Positions 56,529-64,000 of a DNA stretch of 64,000 nt are shown here, in pieces. The stretch covers positions 1-64,000 of the IMG/VR virus record IMGVR_UViG_3300027751_000004, one strand, 5' to 3'. Position numbers and translations under genes: made by a program. The notes under the pieces are model-generated. The model had not been told where the DNA came from. It ran no database searches and saw only the letters and a list, made by a program, of their open reading frames with translations. Source of the DNA: a virus. Taxonomy: Duplodnaviria > Caudoviricetes. Numbering within the stretch: the first letter of the stretch is position 1; each line of letters begins with the position of its first letter.

Positions 56529-56765
56529 TTAGTCATCCCGTATCATCAAATTTGGTGGTCTTTCATCTTCCATCCATTCTTCATGGAGAGTATACCACTC
56601 AAGAGCCAGTGTTTTCTTTGGGAACTTGGGGCTGACTATCACGCCTTTAGAGTTCTTCCAAAAGTATTCATCCCAACCATTTTCGCTTGTTATATTAAGT
56701 TCCACAGTTCTTCCTTTAAAACTTTGGTGCGTATTTGTGATAGAGTTTTGTAGATTCGTTAACAA
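56529..56765 (-). CDS. hypothetical protein
   Basis: ORF in operon. Confidence 0.5.
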   Translation of the reverse strand: MLTNLQNSITNTHQSFKGRTVELNITSENGWDEYFWKNSKGVIVSPKFPKKTLALEWYTLHEEWMEDERPPNLMIRDD

Positions 56766-56919
56766 GACCTTCTTTTTTACAAGCGTTCATCTTATCTTGA
56801 ATACCATAACTCTCATCACGACCTTTTATAAATGCTCTGTGGTCGTCGCTCATTGAATAGAACCAATCATGATCGACCAGCATAGTTTCTAACTCTTTCA
56901 ATATTTCAACTTTGTTCAT
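56716..56919 (-). CDS. hypothetical protein
   Basis: HDWFYSMSDD motif. Confidence 0.6.
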   Translation of the reverse strand: MNKVEILKELETMLVDHDWFYSMSDDHRAFIKGRDESYGIQDKMNACKKEGLVNESTKLYHKYAPKF

Positions 56920-57346
56920 ATTTCTCCACCTCAATGCCACATTGATGTAAAAACTCAATACCTTGATTAGTCCTGTAATCATTCTTATATATTACTTTCT
57001 TAATCCCAGATTGATAGATCAACTTGGCGCATTCTATACAAGGAGAATGAGTGATGAATATATCAGCACCCTCTCCGCTTTCTGACGACTTAGCAAGTTT
57101 TGTTATTGCGTTTGCTTCTGCGTGTAACACTTCTGGTTTTGTTTGTAAAAACTGAATGTCGCCATTTGGCCATTTAATTTCTTCTTCACAGGTATTATCC
57201 CAACCAGATGGCATACCATTATAGCCAATGGAGATGATGCGATCATCTTTTACGACAATCGCACCAACTTGTAGCTTTTTAGCTGTACTGAGTTTTGAGA
57301 ACCTTTCGGCTACGTCAATATATGCGGATACGAACTTATCCTTCAT
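56906..57346 (-). CDS. cd: dCMP deaminase
   Basis: GYNG, HAEANA, PCIEC. Confidence 0.92.
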   Translation of the reverse strand: MKDKFVSAYIDVAERFSKLSTAKKLQVGAIVVKDDRIISIGYNGMPSGWDNTCEEEIKWPNGDIQFLQTKPEVLHAEANAITKLAKSSESGEGADIFITHSPCIECAKLIYQSGIKKVIYKNDYRTNQGIEFLHQCGIEVEKYEQS

Positions 57347-58202
57347 CCAATAATTGCCCGAGCGTGGAAGGTCCAGCTATACCGTCAGCATCTAATCCAT
57401 TTTTGTCTTGCCATTCCTTGAGTACAATCTCAGTACCAGCACCGAAGATACCATCAGCGCCAATACCTAATGCTTCTTGCATTAGCTTAACACCATCGCC
57501 ACGTGATCCTTTACGCAATACACCGATATCTTCTAGGTCGATATCACCTTCATCTTCTTCGTGATCTTGAGAGTCGCAAGACTCTACACCCAAAGCATGA
57601 AGTGCTTCTTCCCAGTGATGTATTCTATCTTCAAGACCGATATAACCGCCATTGATTCGACGAGTTAGTTTCTTCATGTCTTGAGTGTCAGAATACTTAT
57701 TAAGATTATTTTCATTCCAAAACCAAATTGCAGCTAGGATACCATAATTTGGATCTTCACTTAGTAGGTCTGGATTGTCAATAACTTCAGGGCAATCCAT
57801 ATCTTCTGCAAACGCAAGGTAGTTGTTTTTACCAGTTAGCTGAATTGGTCCACGACCACGATAGTTCCATCCATCACCCGACTCAGTCGGTCCATTACCC
57901 ATACGGTTTGCATAAACTACATTAGCAATCGCTTCAGGGTTTCTAGCATACTCTTCAGCATCATGATCACCACGTGCGAAGTATTTACCAAAAACAGCAT
58001 CCAATGCCTTTGCCGAATAGTTTAAGTTTTCGCTGAATACTCGCCAGCCACCAGACTCATGCCCACATTGTGCTAGGAATGCCGCAATACGATATGGTGT
58101 ATTAATCTCGTATTTCGGAAACAACTCACGCATGGCATCACACCATGCGGAAGCATCACTACACCTTGGGAATAACTCTTTAAATTGAGAATCGCTTATC
58201 AT
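57336..58202 (-). CDS. GH19 endolysin with C-terminal peptidoglycan-binding domain
   Basis: FLAQCGHESG, ENLNYS, YRGRGPIQLTG, INGG; DGIFGAGT/DGIAGPST. Confidence 0.92.
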   Translation of the reverse strand: MISDSQFKELFPRCSDASAWCDAMRELFPKYEINTPYRIAAFLAQCGHESGGWRVFSENLNYSAKALDAVFGKYFARGDHDAEEYARNPEAIANVVYANRMGNGPTESGDGWNYRGRGPIQLTGKNNYLAFAEDMDCPEVIDNPDLLSEDPNYGILAAIWFWNENNLNKYSDTQDMKKLTRRINGGYIGLEDRIHHWEEALHALGVESCDSQDHEEDEGDIDLEDIGVLRKGSRGDGVKLMQEALGIGADGIFGAGTEIVLKEWQDKNGLDADGIAGPSTLGQLLDEG

Positions 58203-58205
58203 TTA

Positions 58206-58466
58206 TTACTCCTTGATGATATTAGCAATATGAGTTTCAAATTGCTCGACCTTATCAACACGGTTCGGCCAATAAATGTAATCCTTTTCTGGATTCATTT
58301 TTAGGTTAGTTAAAAGTGGTAGAACAGCATTGTATAGTCTATTCAACCTGTCCTCTAATCCTGACGCAGTATCTGTAGTAGCACTGATAACTGACTGTGC
58401 TTCACGGACTGCGTCTAATTCACTCTCATCTACAGCCGTGAAGCCAAAATCGAAAATATCACTCAT
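58206..58466 (-). CDS. conserved hypothetical protein
   Basis: FDFGFTAVDE...NPEKDYIYWPNR. Confidence 0.7.
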   Translation of the reverse strand: MSDIFDFGFTAVDESELDAVREAQSVISATTDTASGLEDRLNRLYNAVLPLLTNLKMNPEKDYIYWPNRVDKVEQFETHIANIIKE

Positions 58467-58723
58467 TTTACAATTTCCTCGTATAAAGTTTCAAAGTCCT
58501 CCGATTCGGATTGGACTTCAGTAAAGTTTTGCTTATGATATACTTTAGCAAGACGCTTTAAGTATTTAGGGTTTAAGCCAACTTCATCTTTGATTTTCAC
58601 ACAAATATCACGCTGTAATTCACGTTCAGAGTCTTGTCTAACCATAGAATTAGACATTTCTACGACCGCATCCTTAACAGTTTTCTTATCATTCGGGGAA
58701 GAGGGAATTATTACACTTGTCAT
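58463..58723 (-). CDS. T4 DsbA-like dsDNA-binding protein
   Basis: KYLKRLAKVYHKQNF...FETLYEEI. Confidence 0.65.
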   Translation of the reverse strand: MTSVIIPSSPNDKKTVKDAVVEMSNSMVRQDSERELQRDICVKIKDEVGLNPKYLKRLAKVYHKQNFTEVQSESEDFETLYEEIVK

Positions 58724-58749
58724 TATATAGTCTCCGTAGAAGCAGCAGA

Positions 58750-59022
58750 TTACTCTGCTGCAGGTTCTTCAGTTGGTTCTTCTGGGGGTGTTCTACCTTC
58801 AGGATCAGGGTCAACATCTGCATCAGCAGGTTCTTGCTGAGGGATATTAGCGTCAAGGAATGCAGCAACTTTATTCCGCAAAGCACCTACAGTTTCCAGT
58901 TCCTGAGGCTTAAACGCACCTCTAGTGGCACACGCATCAATTACAGATAACATATTACGGATATCATTCAGATTGATATCGGGAGTTTGTGCTTCATCAG
59001 CAACAGTATTTTCTTCGCTCAT
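58750..59022 (-). CDS. conserved hypothetical protein
   Basis: IDACATRGAFK...ELETVG; acidic Pro-rich tail. Confidence 0.65.
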   Translation of the reverse strand: MSEENTVADEAQTPDINLNDIRNMLSVIDACATRGAFKPQELETVGALRNKVAAFLDANIPQQEPADADVDPDPEGRTPPEEPTEEPAAE

Positions 59023-59032
59023 TTTATTTTCC

Positions 59033-59710
59033 TTATGCATTAAACTTTGAATTTTTCTCAAGGGCAACCCAGTATGTTACTTCACCAGTCGCAAATTGAG
59101 AGATTAATTTAGACGAGATAGACACTTTCATATCACCACCAACAAACTTAAAGTTAGAGATATTGAAGATCATCTCGAATGAAGAGTCAGGTCGAGTAGC
59201 AGACGGGATAGACATTTCATAACTGTTAGAGGTAGAGTCTTTAGTATCGGTCACCTTAACAGTAACGCCAGAACCACCTTCTTCACCTACAACCACAACG
59301 TCACTAGAACCTAGTGCAGCTGCCGCACGTCGAATAGAAGACAATTGATCTTCAGTAATGTCCAGTTCAATCTCGCAAGCAGGCATAGTAATGTCTTTTT
59401 GCGGAGTAGTTAGGATAGAAGCATCAGAGAAGAAGTAGTTTACAGACTGACCACCCTCGCTAATCTTAACAGTCTTACCATCATCGCCAAACTCGAGGTC
59501 TGGGTCTTCAAACATACCTACAACCGAAAGGAATTCATTCAGGTCATAGATACCAAAATCCTGAGGGAAAGATTCAGCAACATTGGCTGTCGCTAGAATA
59601 TTCTTTGCTTCAGAAATAGTTTTGATTACGTTACCAGCCTTTACAACGATATTGGGATTAATCGTTGAGAAGTTCTTTAGCATCGCAACCGTTTCATTCG
59701 AGATTTTCAT
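59033..59710 (-). CDS. 45: sliding clamp gp45
   Basis: LKNFSTINPNI, FGIYDLNEFL, YWVALE. Confidence 0.93.
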   Translation of the reverse strand: MKISNETVAMLKNFSTINPNIVVKAGNVIKTISEAKNILATANVAESFPQDFGIYDLNEFLSVVGMFEDPDLEFGDDGKTVKISEGGQSVNYFFSDASILTTPQKDITMPACEIELDITEDQLSSIRRAAAALGSSDVVVVGEEGGSGVTVKVTDTKDSTSNSYEMSIPSATRPDSSFEMIFNISNFKFVGGDMKVSISSKLISQFATGEVTYWVALEKNSKFNA

Positions 59711-59738
59711 GTTGTTCTCCATAGTTAAAGTTGGCAAT

Positions 59739-59767
59739 ATTATACCTTATTTCTCGCCATTAGTAAA
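59739..59767 (-). promoter_or_regulatory. early promoter of gene 45
   Basis: TTTACT-17bp-TATAAT. Confidence 0.75.
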
Positions 59768-60163
59768 GTGTTTTTTTGCTACTTCATCCCATTCAAGGGG
59801 AGTAACAGAATCGATAGAAGCAGGAGAGATACCAGACTCAACAGGTTTACTTGCGAGTGGTACTTCATTTGCTGGGGATGCGTTGAGGGTTTGTTCAACT
59901 CTGTCGTGCTCATAAAGGGCAAGCAAGCCATAGTGTATAACCTTCAACAGGTCTTTGCGGTGGTCAGAACGACTACCTTTTTGACCATATCGGTTTGAGT
60001 ATTTATCCACGTTTCCGAGGAAGAAACCCATACCACGCCCACGATCAACAATGACCTCAGACGTTTGAATCTTATCGCCACCATAGTGTTGACTATAGGT
60101 GGCGTCGACATATTCTTTTATTTCAGAGAGAAGTTCGCCCTCTCTAAATTTATAATTGATCAT
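59747..60163 (-). CDS. DUF3310-like protein
   Basis: YSQHY, GFFLGNVDKY..RYGQK, DLLKVIHY. Confidence 0.75.
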   Translation of the reverse strand: MINYKFREGELLSEIKEYVDATYSQHYGGDKIQTSEVIVDRGRGMGFFLGNVDKYSNRYGQKGSRSDHRKDLLKVIHYGLLALYEHDRVEQTLNASPANEVPLASKPVESGISPASIDSVTPLEWDEVAKKHFTNGEK

Positions 60164-60171
60164 TTAATCTC

Positions 60172-61344
60172 CTAGAAAGCAGGTTCGTCATTATCAATAG
60201 CATCTAACACATCACCTAGATTTACTTCAGGGGCGACCTCATTAGAGTCAATTTTACTGTATAAGTCTAAGAAGGCAGACTTTGTATCTTCATCAAAACG
60301 GTTTACACATAACTCAATAGATCTAGCACGGTCATTAAAGATAGAAAACGTTTGAGCAATGTGACATAGGCGACGAGTAGAAATAATATCTTCAACACCA
60401 CCATCAGCATAAGTCTTGCGAATAATCTCAGACCAAGTAGTTAGCTTATCAGCAAAGTCAGTATCAACCGCACCAAACTTATCCATATGGTTCAGTAGGA
60501 TCTTTTTCTCTATTGCGAGAGAAGGGTAAGGTTGCTCAACAGTAATACTGAATCGCTCCAGGAATGCTTCATCAATAATCGTAGCAGCAACAAACCTGCC
60601 ATCTTCCGAACCTTGACCTTTGGTGTTAGCAGTAGCAATCACGTTGAATCCAGGAGCAGGAGTAATCATCTCACCAGTTTTCTTAATCATAACTGGCTTA
60701 CCCTCAAGAACACCCTGAAGAGCCATCAAACGATTAGAAGAACGATCAACTTCATCGATCAGAAGTATCGCACCAGCTTCCATCGCTTTGATAACTGGAC
60801 CCTTTTGGAAAACTGTCTCACCGTTGATCAAACGGAAACCACCGATTAGATCATCCTCATCAGTCTCAGGAGTAATCTGAACACGGACATACTCACGCTT
60901 AGATTTAGCGCACGCTTGCTCGACCATCATTGTTTTACCATTACCAGATAGACCAGTAATAAAGGTTGGGTAGAACATACCCGAATCAATAATAGTTTTA
61001 ATGTCTTTGAAGTTACCCCAGCTGACATAAGTAGAGTCAGCAGAAGGAACATAGACTTCATTGTTAGTAACAGATTGTACAGCAGTCATTAAAGGTTTTC
61101 TCTCAGCTGGAGCATTAGAAGTTTGCTCAGCATTAACATTACGGAAAGGAAGGATCTGAGCTTCCAAATTCCAAACACCACGTGAAATTTTATTATCGGC
61201 AATCATCACCTCACGGTAGACTCTACCTTTTGCAACGCCAGTAGCATCGCAGGCATCATATATATCTTTGTTACGGAAGTGGCTTCGGTCAGGAAAACGT
61301 TTAGCCAACTCACTGTAAAGTGGAGCAAAAGCATATGTACTCAT
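60172..61344 (-). CDS. MoxR/CobS-like AAA+ ATPase
   Basis: GLSGNGKT, DEDDLIGG, LLIDE, TANTKG, FLERF, STRRL. Confidence 0.9.
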   Translation of the reverse strand: MSTYAFAPLYSELAKRFPDRSHFRNKDIYDACDATGVAKGRVYREVMIADNKISRGVWNLEAQILPFRNVNAEQTSNAPAERKPLMTAVQSVTNNEVYVPSADSTYVSWGNFKDIKTIIDSGMFYPTFITGLSGNGKTMMVEQACAKSKREYVRVQITPETDEDDLIGGFRLINGETVFQKGPVIKAMEAGAILLIDEVDRSSNRLMALQGVLEGKPVMIKKTGEMITPAPGFNVIATANTKGQGSEDGRFVAATIIDEAFLERFSITVEQPYPSLAIEKKILLNHMDKFGAVDTDFADKLTTWSEIIRKTYADGGVEDIISTRRLCHIAQTFSIFNDRARSIELCVNRFDEDTKSAFLDLYSKIDSNEVAPEVNLGDVLDAIDNDEPAF

Positions 61345-61386
61345 AATATAATCTCTCTCTAATCAATTAACTCATTCAATACACAT

Positions 61387-61415
61387 ATTATACTACATTT
61401 AAACCCAAAAGTAAA
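61387..61415 (-). promoter_or_regulatory. early sigma70-type promoter
   Basis: TTTACT-17bp-TATAAT. Confidence 0.8.
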
Positions 61416-61443
61416 GGGTTTTTTAAACTTTTTTGATCTTTTT

Positions 61444-63522
61444 TTAAGCGACCATCTCAGCAAACTTACTAGCAAGAACACGGTTGCCTTTCTTAGACTT
61501 AGCAAACTTCTTAAACTCACGAGTCAGCGCACCTTTAGAATCATCTTTAGGGGCAAAGTCCGTAGTAGCAGTATCCAACTTTGTAGTTCTCAGGAAGAAG
61601 TATCTATCGAAACCTAACTGGTCATCAACAGATACACCGCCTTTTCTCCAGTCAGTAAGGACAGGTCTGATCTCTTGCTCAGTGTCATAACCTTTACCCT
61701 CGGAGCGATACAAACGATATCTAACATCATTGGCTCGGTTAGTTAGGAAGTAACAAACCGTATTACAGCCAGTATGTTTTTTCAACGACTCAACCAGAGT
61801 TTGAGTACCAGCATAGTTAGTCTTACAATTGATACGCTCGCCACCTACAGTGAACACCATTCGATTAGAGTTAAAGTAGCCATCGTTCATATCGTGAACT
61901 TGCGCATAGTCATAACGAATAGTGTTAGTATCACCATCACTCAGCAGAGTAAAGTTTACTTTGTCAAGACCATAAGTATCACGGAAGTCAGGAATCAAAG
62001 TATGCATAGCAATCAATGCCTGATTCAGAGGAGTACCACCCATCATTTCATGCGTAGACTCATGGAAGTTATAGATTTGATAACAAGCAGTTTCAAAGTC
62101 TTTCTTGCTCATCTCATTAGAAAGTAACTCAAACAGAGACATAGATTCCCAATCAATAACGTGTTTAAAGTTACGCTCTTTAAGACCATTAGAAGTAAAC
62201 CCATAAACACGGAAAGGGATATTCACTTTACGACAAAAGTGTGCGATATTGATAGCTTGTTTCTTTACATTAGCAATACAATCATCCATAGAGCCAGAGT
62301 AGTCAACCAACATTACCAGACCATGATTCTTAGCATCAGCCAGCTTGGTAGTTCTAGCGAAGATATCTTCGTTGTATTTGTAAGAGTATAGTTTAGTAAC
62401 ATCAATAGAACCAGTCTTAGAAGTTCTAGATCTTGAATAGCGATATGCAGCTTTCTTCATCTCAAACTCACGAGCCATAGTATTAACTACAGACTTGGTC
62501 TCAGCCAAGAACTCATCATAAGATTGGGTCACGTATCTACGCTGATACCAATGAGTGTTTTCATCAGACCTTTCATTAATAAGAGTTTTGTAATCAGCAA
62601 CAAGACTCTTGGCTTCCTTTAAAGTTAGGGAGCGAACAACTACAGGGGAACTATCACCATCATGGCTTTCTAGAAGATCAGACTCTTTAGAACGGAACGC
62701 TTCATCAGTCTCAACGATTTCGTTACCAGCACCAGCATTGCTAGAGAATCCTTCCTCAATATCTTTACTTACATCTTCCTCGCTATCTTCAGTATCCTCT
62801 CCTTCGATTTCTTCGACAACGTCTTGTTGTTCGCTGTCCATTTCACTATCTTTACTCTCAGGAATGCCAGATTGATTGTCAGTTGAAGGTGAATCCTCTG
62901 TACTTTTTTCCATACTTTCTTCATCGTTATCCCCCTCAGGATTTTCATTTTGATTTTGAGCTTGATCCTGTTGTTTCTCAACACCTACATAGTCAAGTAA
63001 AGATCTAGCAGCATCAACAACTTCTTCCCACGTTTCAGCAGAGAAACATTTCTTTACTACAGGAAGTTCGTCTTTATCAAATGTAATATCTACTAGTTGG
63101 TTCAGTTTGGCTTTAATATTGATACGGTCGGGCAAACCATAGGAAGAATATTCCCTATCCTGAGTACCAAAGAAGTTTTCGTCAAACAAAACTTGATAAC
63201 CACCTTGGAACGACTTAACTAATCCTGGATACTTACTACGGATCATTCGCTCAATGCGGATATCTTCAATAATGTTAAGGAATGAACGAGGAATACCCTC
63301 GACATCTATTTCGGAATCATGCCAACCCTCTCTAGGAGTAAACAAAGCATGACCGACCTCATGACCGATAAGCAGGTCTTGAACATCAGCACCTTTGTCT
63401 TTCCATAGGGGAAGATTTAGAACACGGTTAATAACATCAAACGATGCGGTCTGGTAGTTACCCTCACGCACCTCAATGTTTTCATTAGCAAGCAATCTAG
63501 CTAGAGTAGATTTAACTGTCAT
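61444..63522 (-). CDS. CobT-like protein: metallopeptidase-like N-terminus, acidic linker, vWA domain
   Basis: HEVGHAL (HExxH), NIIEDIRIE, DYSGS MIDAS, GGTPL, LSDGD. Confidence 0.85.
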   Translation of the reverse strand: MTVKSTLARLLANENIEVREGNYQTASFDVINRVLNLPLWKDKGADVQDLLIGHEVGHALFTPREGWHDSEIDVEGIPRSFLNIIEDIRIERMIRSKYPGLVKSFQGGYQVLFDENFFGTQDREYSSYGLPDRINIKAKLNQLVDITFDKDELPVVKKCFSAETWEEVVDAARSLLDYVGVEKQQDQAQNQNENPEGDNDEESMEKSTEDSPSTDNQSGIPESKDSEMDSEQQDVVEEIEGEDTEDSEEDVSKDIEEGFSSNAGAGNEIVETDEAFRSKESDLLESHDGDSSPVVVRSLTLKEAKSLVADYKTLINERSDENTHWYQRRYVTQSYDEFLAETKSVVNTMAREFEMKKAAYRYSRSRTSKTGSIDVTKLYSYKYNEDIFARTTKLADAKNHGLVMLVDYSGSMDDCIANVKKQAINIAHFCRKVNIPFRVYGFTSNGLKERNFKHVIDWESMSLFELLSNEMSKKDFETACYQIYNFHESTHEMMGGTPLNQALIAMHTLIPDFRDTYGLDKVNFTLLSDGDTNTIRYDYAQVHDMNDGYFNSNRMVFTVGGERINCKTNYAGTQTLVESLKKHTGCNTVCYFLTNRANDVRYRLYRSEGKGYDTEQEIRPVLTDWRKGGVSVDDQLGFDRYFFLRTTKLDTATTDFAPKDDSKGALTREFKKFAKSKKGNRVLASKFAEMVA

Positions 63523-63549
63523 ATAGAATACCTCTCAATCAATACATGT

Positions 63550-63578
63550 ATTATACTATAAGTAATTGAGAAAGTAAA
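63550..63578 (-). promoter_or_regulatory. early sigma70-type promoter
   Basis: TTTACT-17bp-TATAAT. Confidence 0.8.
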
Positions 63579-63601
63579 GGGTTTTTTTGAATTATTTTAA
63601 A

Positions 63602-64000
63602 TTATTTTATCTTACTGAAGTTTCTTTCCTTAGTAAACTCTATCTTAGATCTAAACTTGCCGTCTAGAACATCACCTTTGTGAGATATGATAAACGTATT
63701 AGTTCCTTCCTCTAGAGTCTCAAGGATCTTGAGTAGATTCTCGATACCATCATTATCTAGAGAAGAGTCAAACGTTTCGTCTAGGATCAATAAGTTAGAA
63801 GAAGCACTATTCTTCATACGAGCAATTTGACGCCATGTAAACAATAATGCCAAATCAATACGTTGTTTCTCACCCTCACTGAACGAGGCATAGTTAAACG
63901 AGTCACGGAAACGGGATTTGATAGTCTCAGTGAAACTCTCATCAAGGTTGAAAGAAACATAGAAGTCCATAACCTGCAGGTAATGATTGATGAGTTTATT
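63602..64000 (-). CDS. 46: recombination ATPase gp46 (Rad50-like), C-terminal part
   Basis: FSEGEKQRIDLALL signature, LILDETFD, ISHK. Confidence 0.93.
   Translation of the reverse strand, partial: NKLINHYLQVMDFYVSFNLDESFTETIKSRFRDSFNYASFSEGEKQRIDLALLFTWRQIARMKNSASSNLLILDETFDSSLDNDGIENLLKILETLEEGTNTFIISHKGDVLDGKFRSKIEFTKERNFSKIK

Noticed and set aside
60172-63522. cobS/cobT as cobalamin auxiliary metabolic genes
   Set aside because: Generic MoxR AAA+/vWA pair widespread in marine T4-like phages; no cobN or other cobalamin genes.
59-63578. Recurring 30-bp motif as a CRISPR or mobile-element repeat
   Set aside because: Copies are dispersed and degenerate and always have -35/-10 geometry upstream of genes; there is no repeat-spacer array.
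1-64000. Numerous overlapping antisense or alternative-frame ORFs in the track (e.g. 1326..1676, 10198..10575, 28271..28666, 61774..62127)
   Set aside because: They are shadows of well-supported genes, with no RBS or recognisable motifs.
1-64000. tRNA genes or stop-codon reassignment
   Set aside because: No cloverleaf recognised in the short intergenic gaps (tRNAscan would be decisive); core genes are intact in the standard code and TAA, TAG and TGA are all used as stops.

Overview
This is a 64-kb segment of a large, AT-rich T4-like (myovirus-type) phage genome, probably marine and probably infecting a Gram-negative proteobacterium (inference). Almost all genes are on the minus strand. The T4 replication core is present: gp46 (3' end), gp45, gp44, gp62, regA, gp43, uvsX, gp41, rnh, nrdA/B/C, thyX and dCMP deaminase. 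Common marine T4-like accessory genes are also present: phoH, hsp20, the CobS/CobT-like AAA+/vWA pair, MazG-like, GroES-like and ClpP-like genes. Lysis genes are split (GH19 endolysin, spanin pair). About 21 near-identical sigma70-type early promoters and several TATAAATA late promoters can be read directly. Main observations: (1) a DNA hypermodification cluster next to gp43 (TET/JBP dioxygenase, Gln amidotransferase, amidoligase, GNAT, amino-acid:DNA transferase, P-loop kinase), three of whose enzymes end in the same clamp-binding-like C-terminal motif as the polymerase; (2) a late plus-strand operon of signal-peptide proteins resembling a fimbrial subunit, a chaperone and a membrane channel; (3) a stem-loop whose CU-rich loop is complementary to the shared leaders of the phage's own early mRNAs; (4) a set of enzymes with T4-like capsid-targeting N-termini; (5) a ROSE-like thermometer and two pseudoknot candidates. 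All assignments come from motif reading; no database searches were run.
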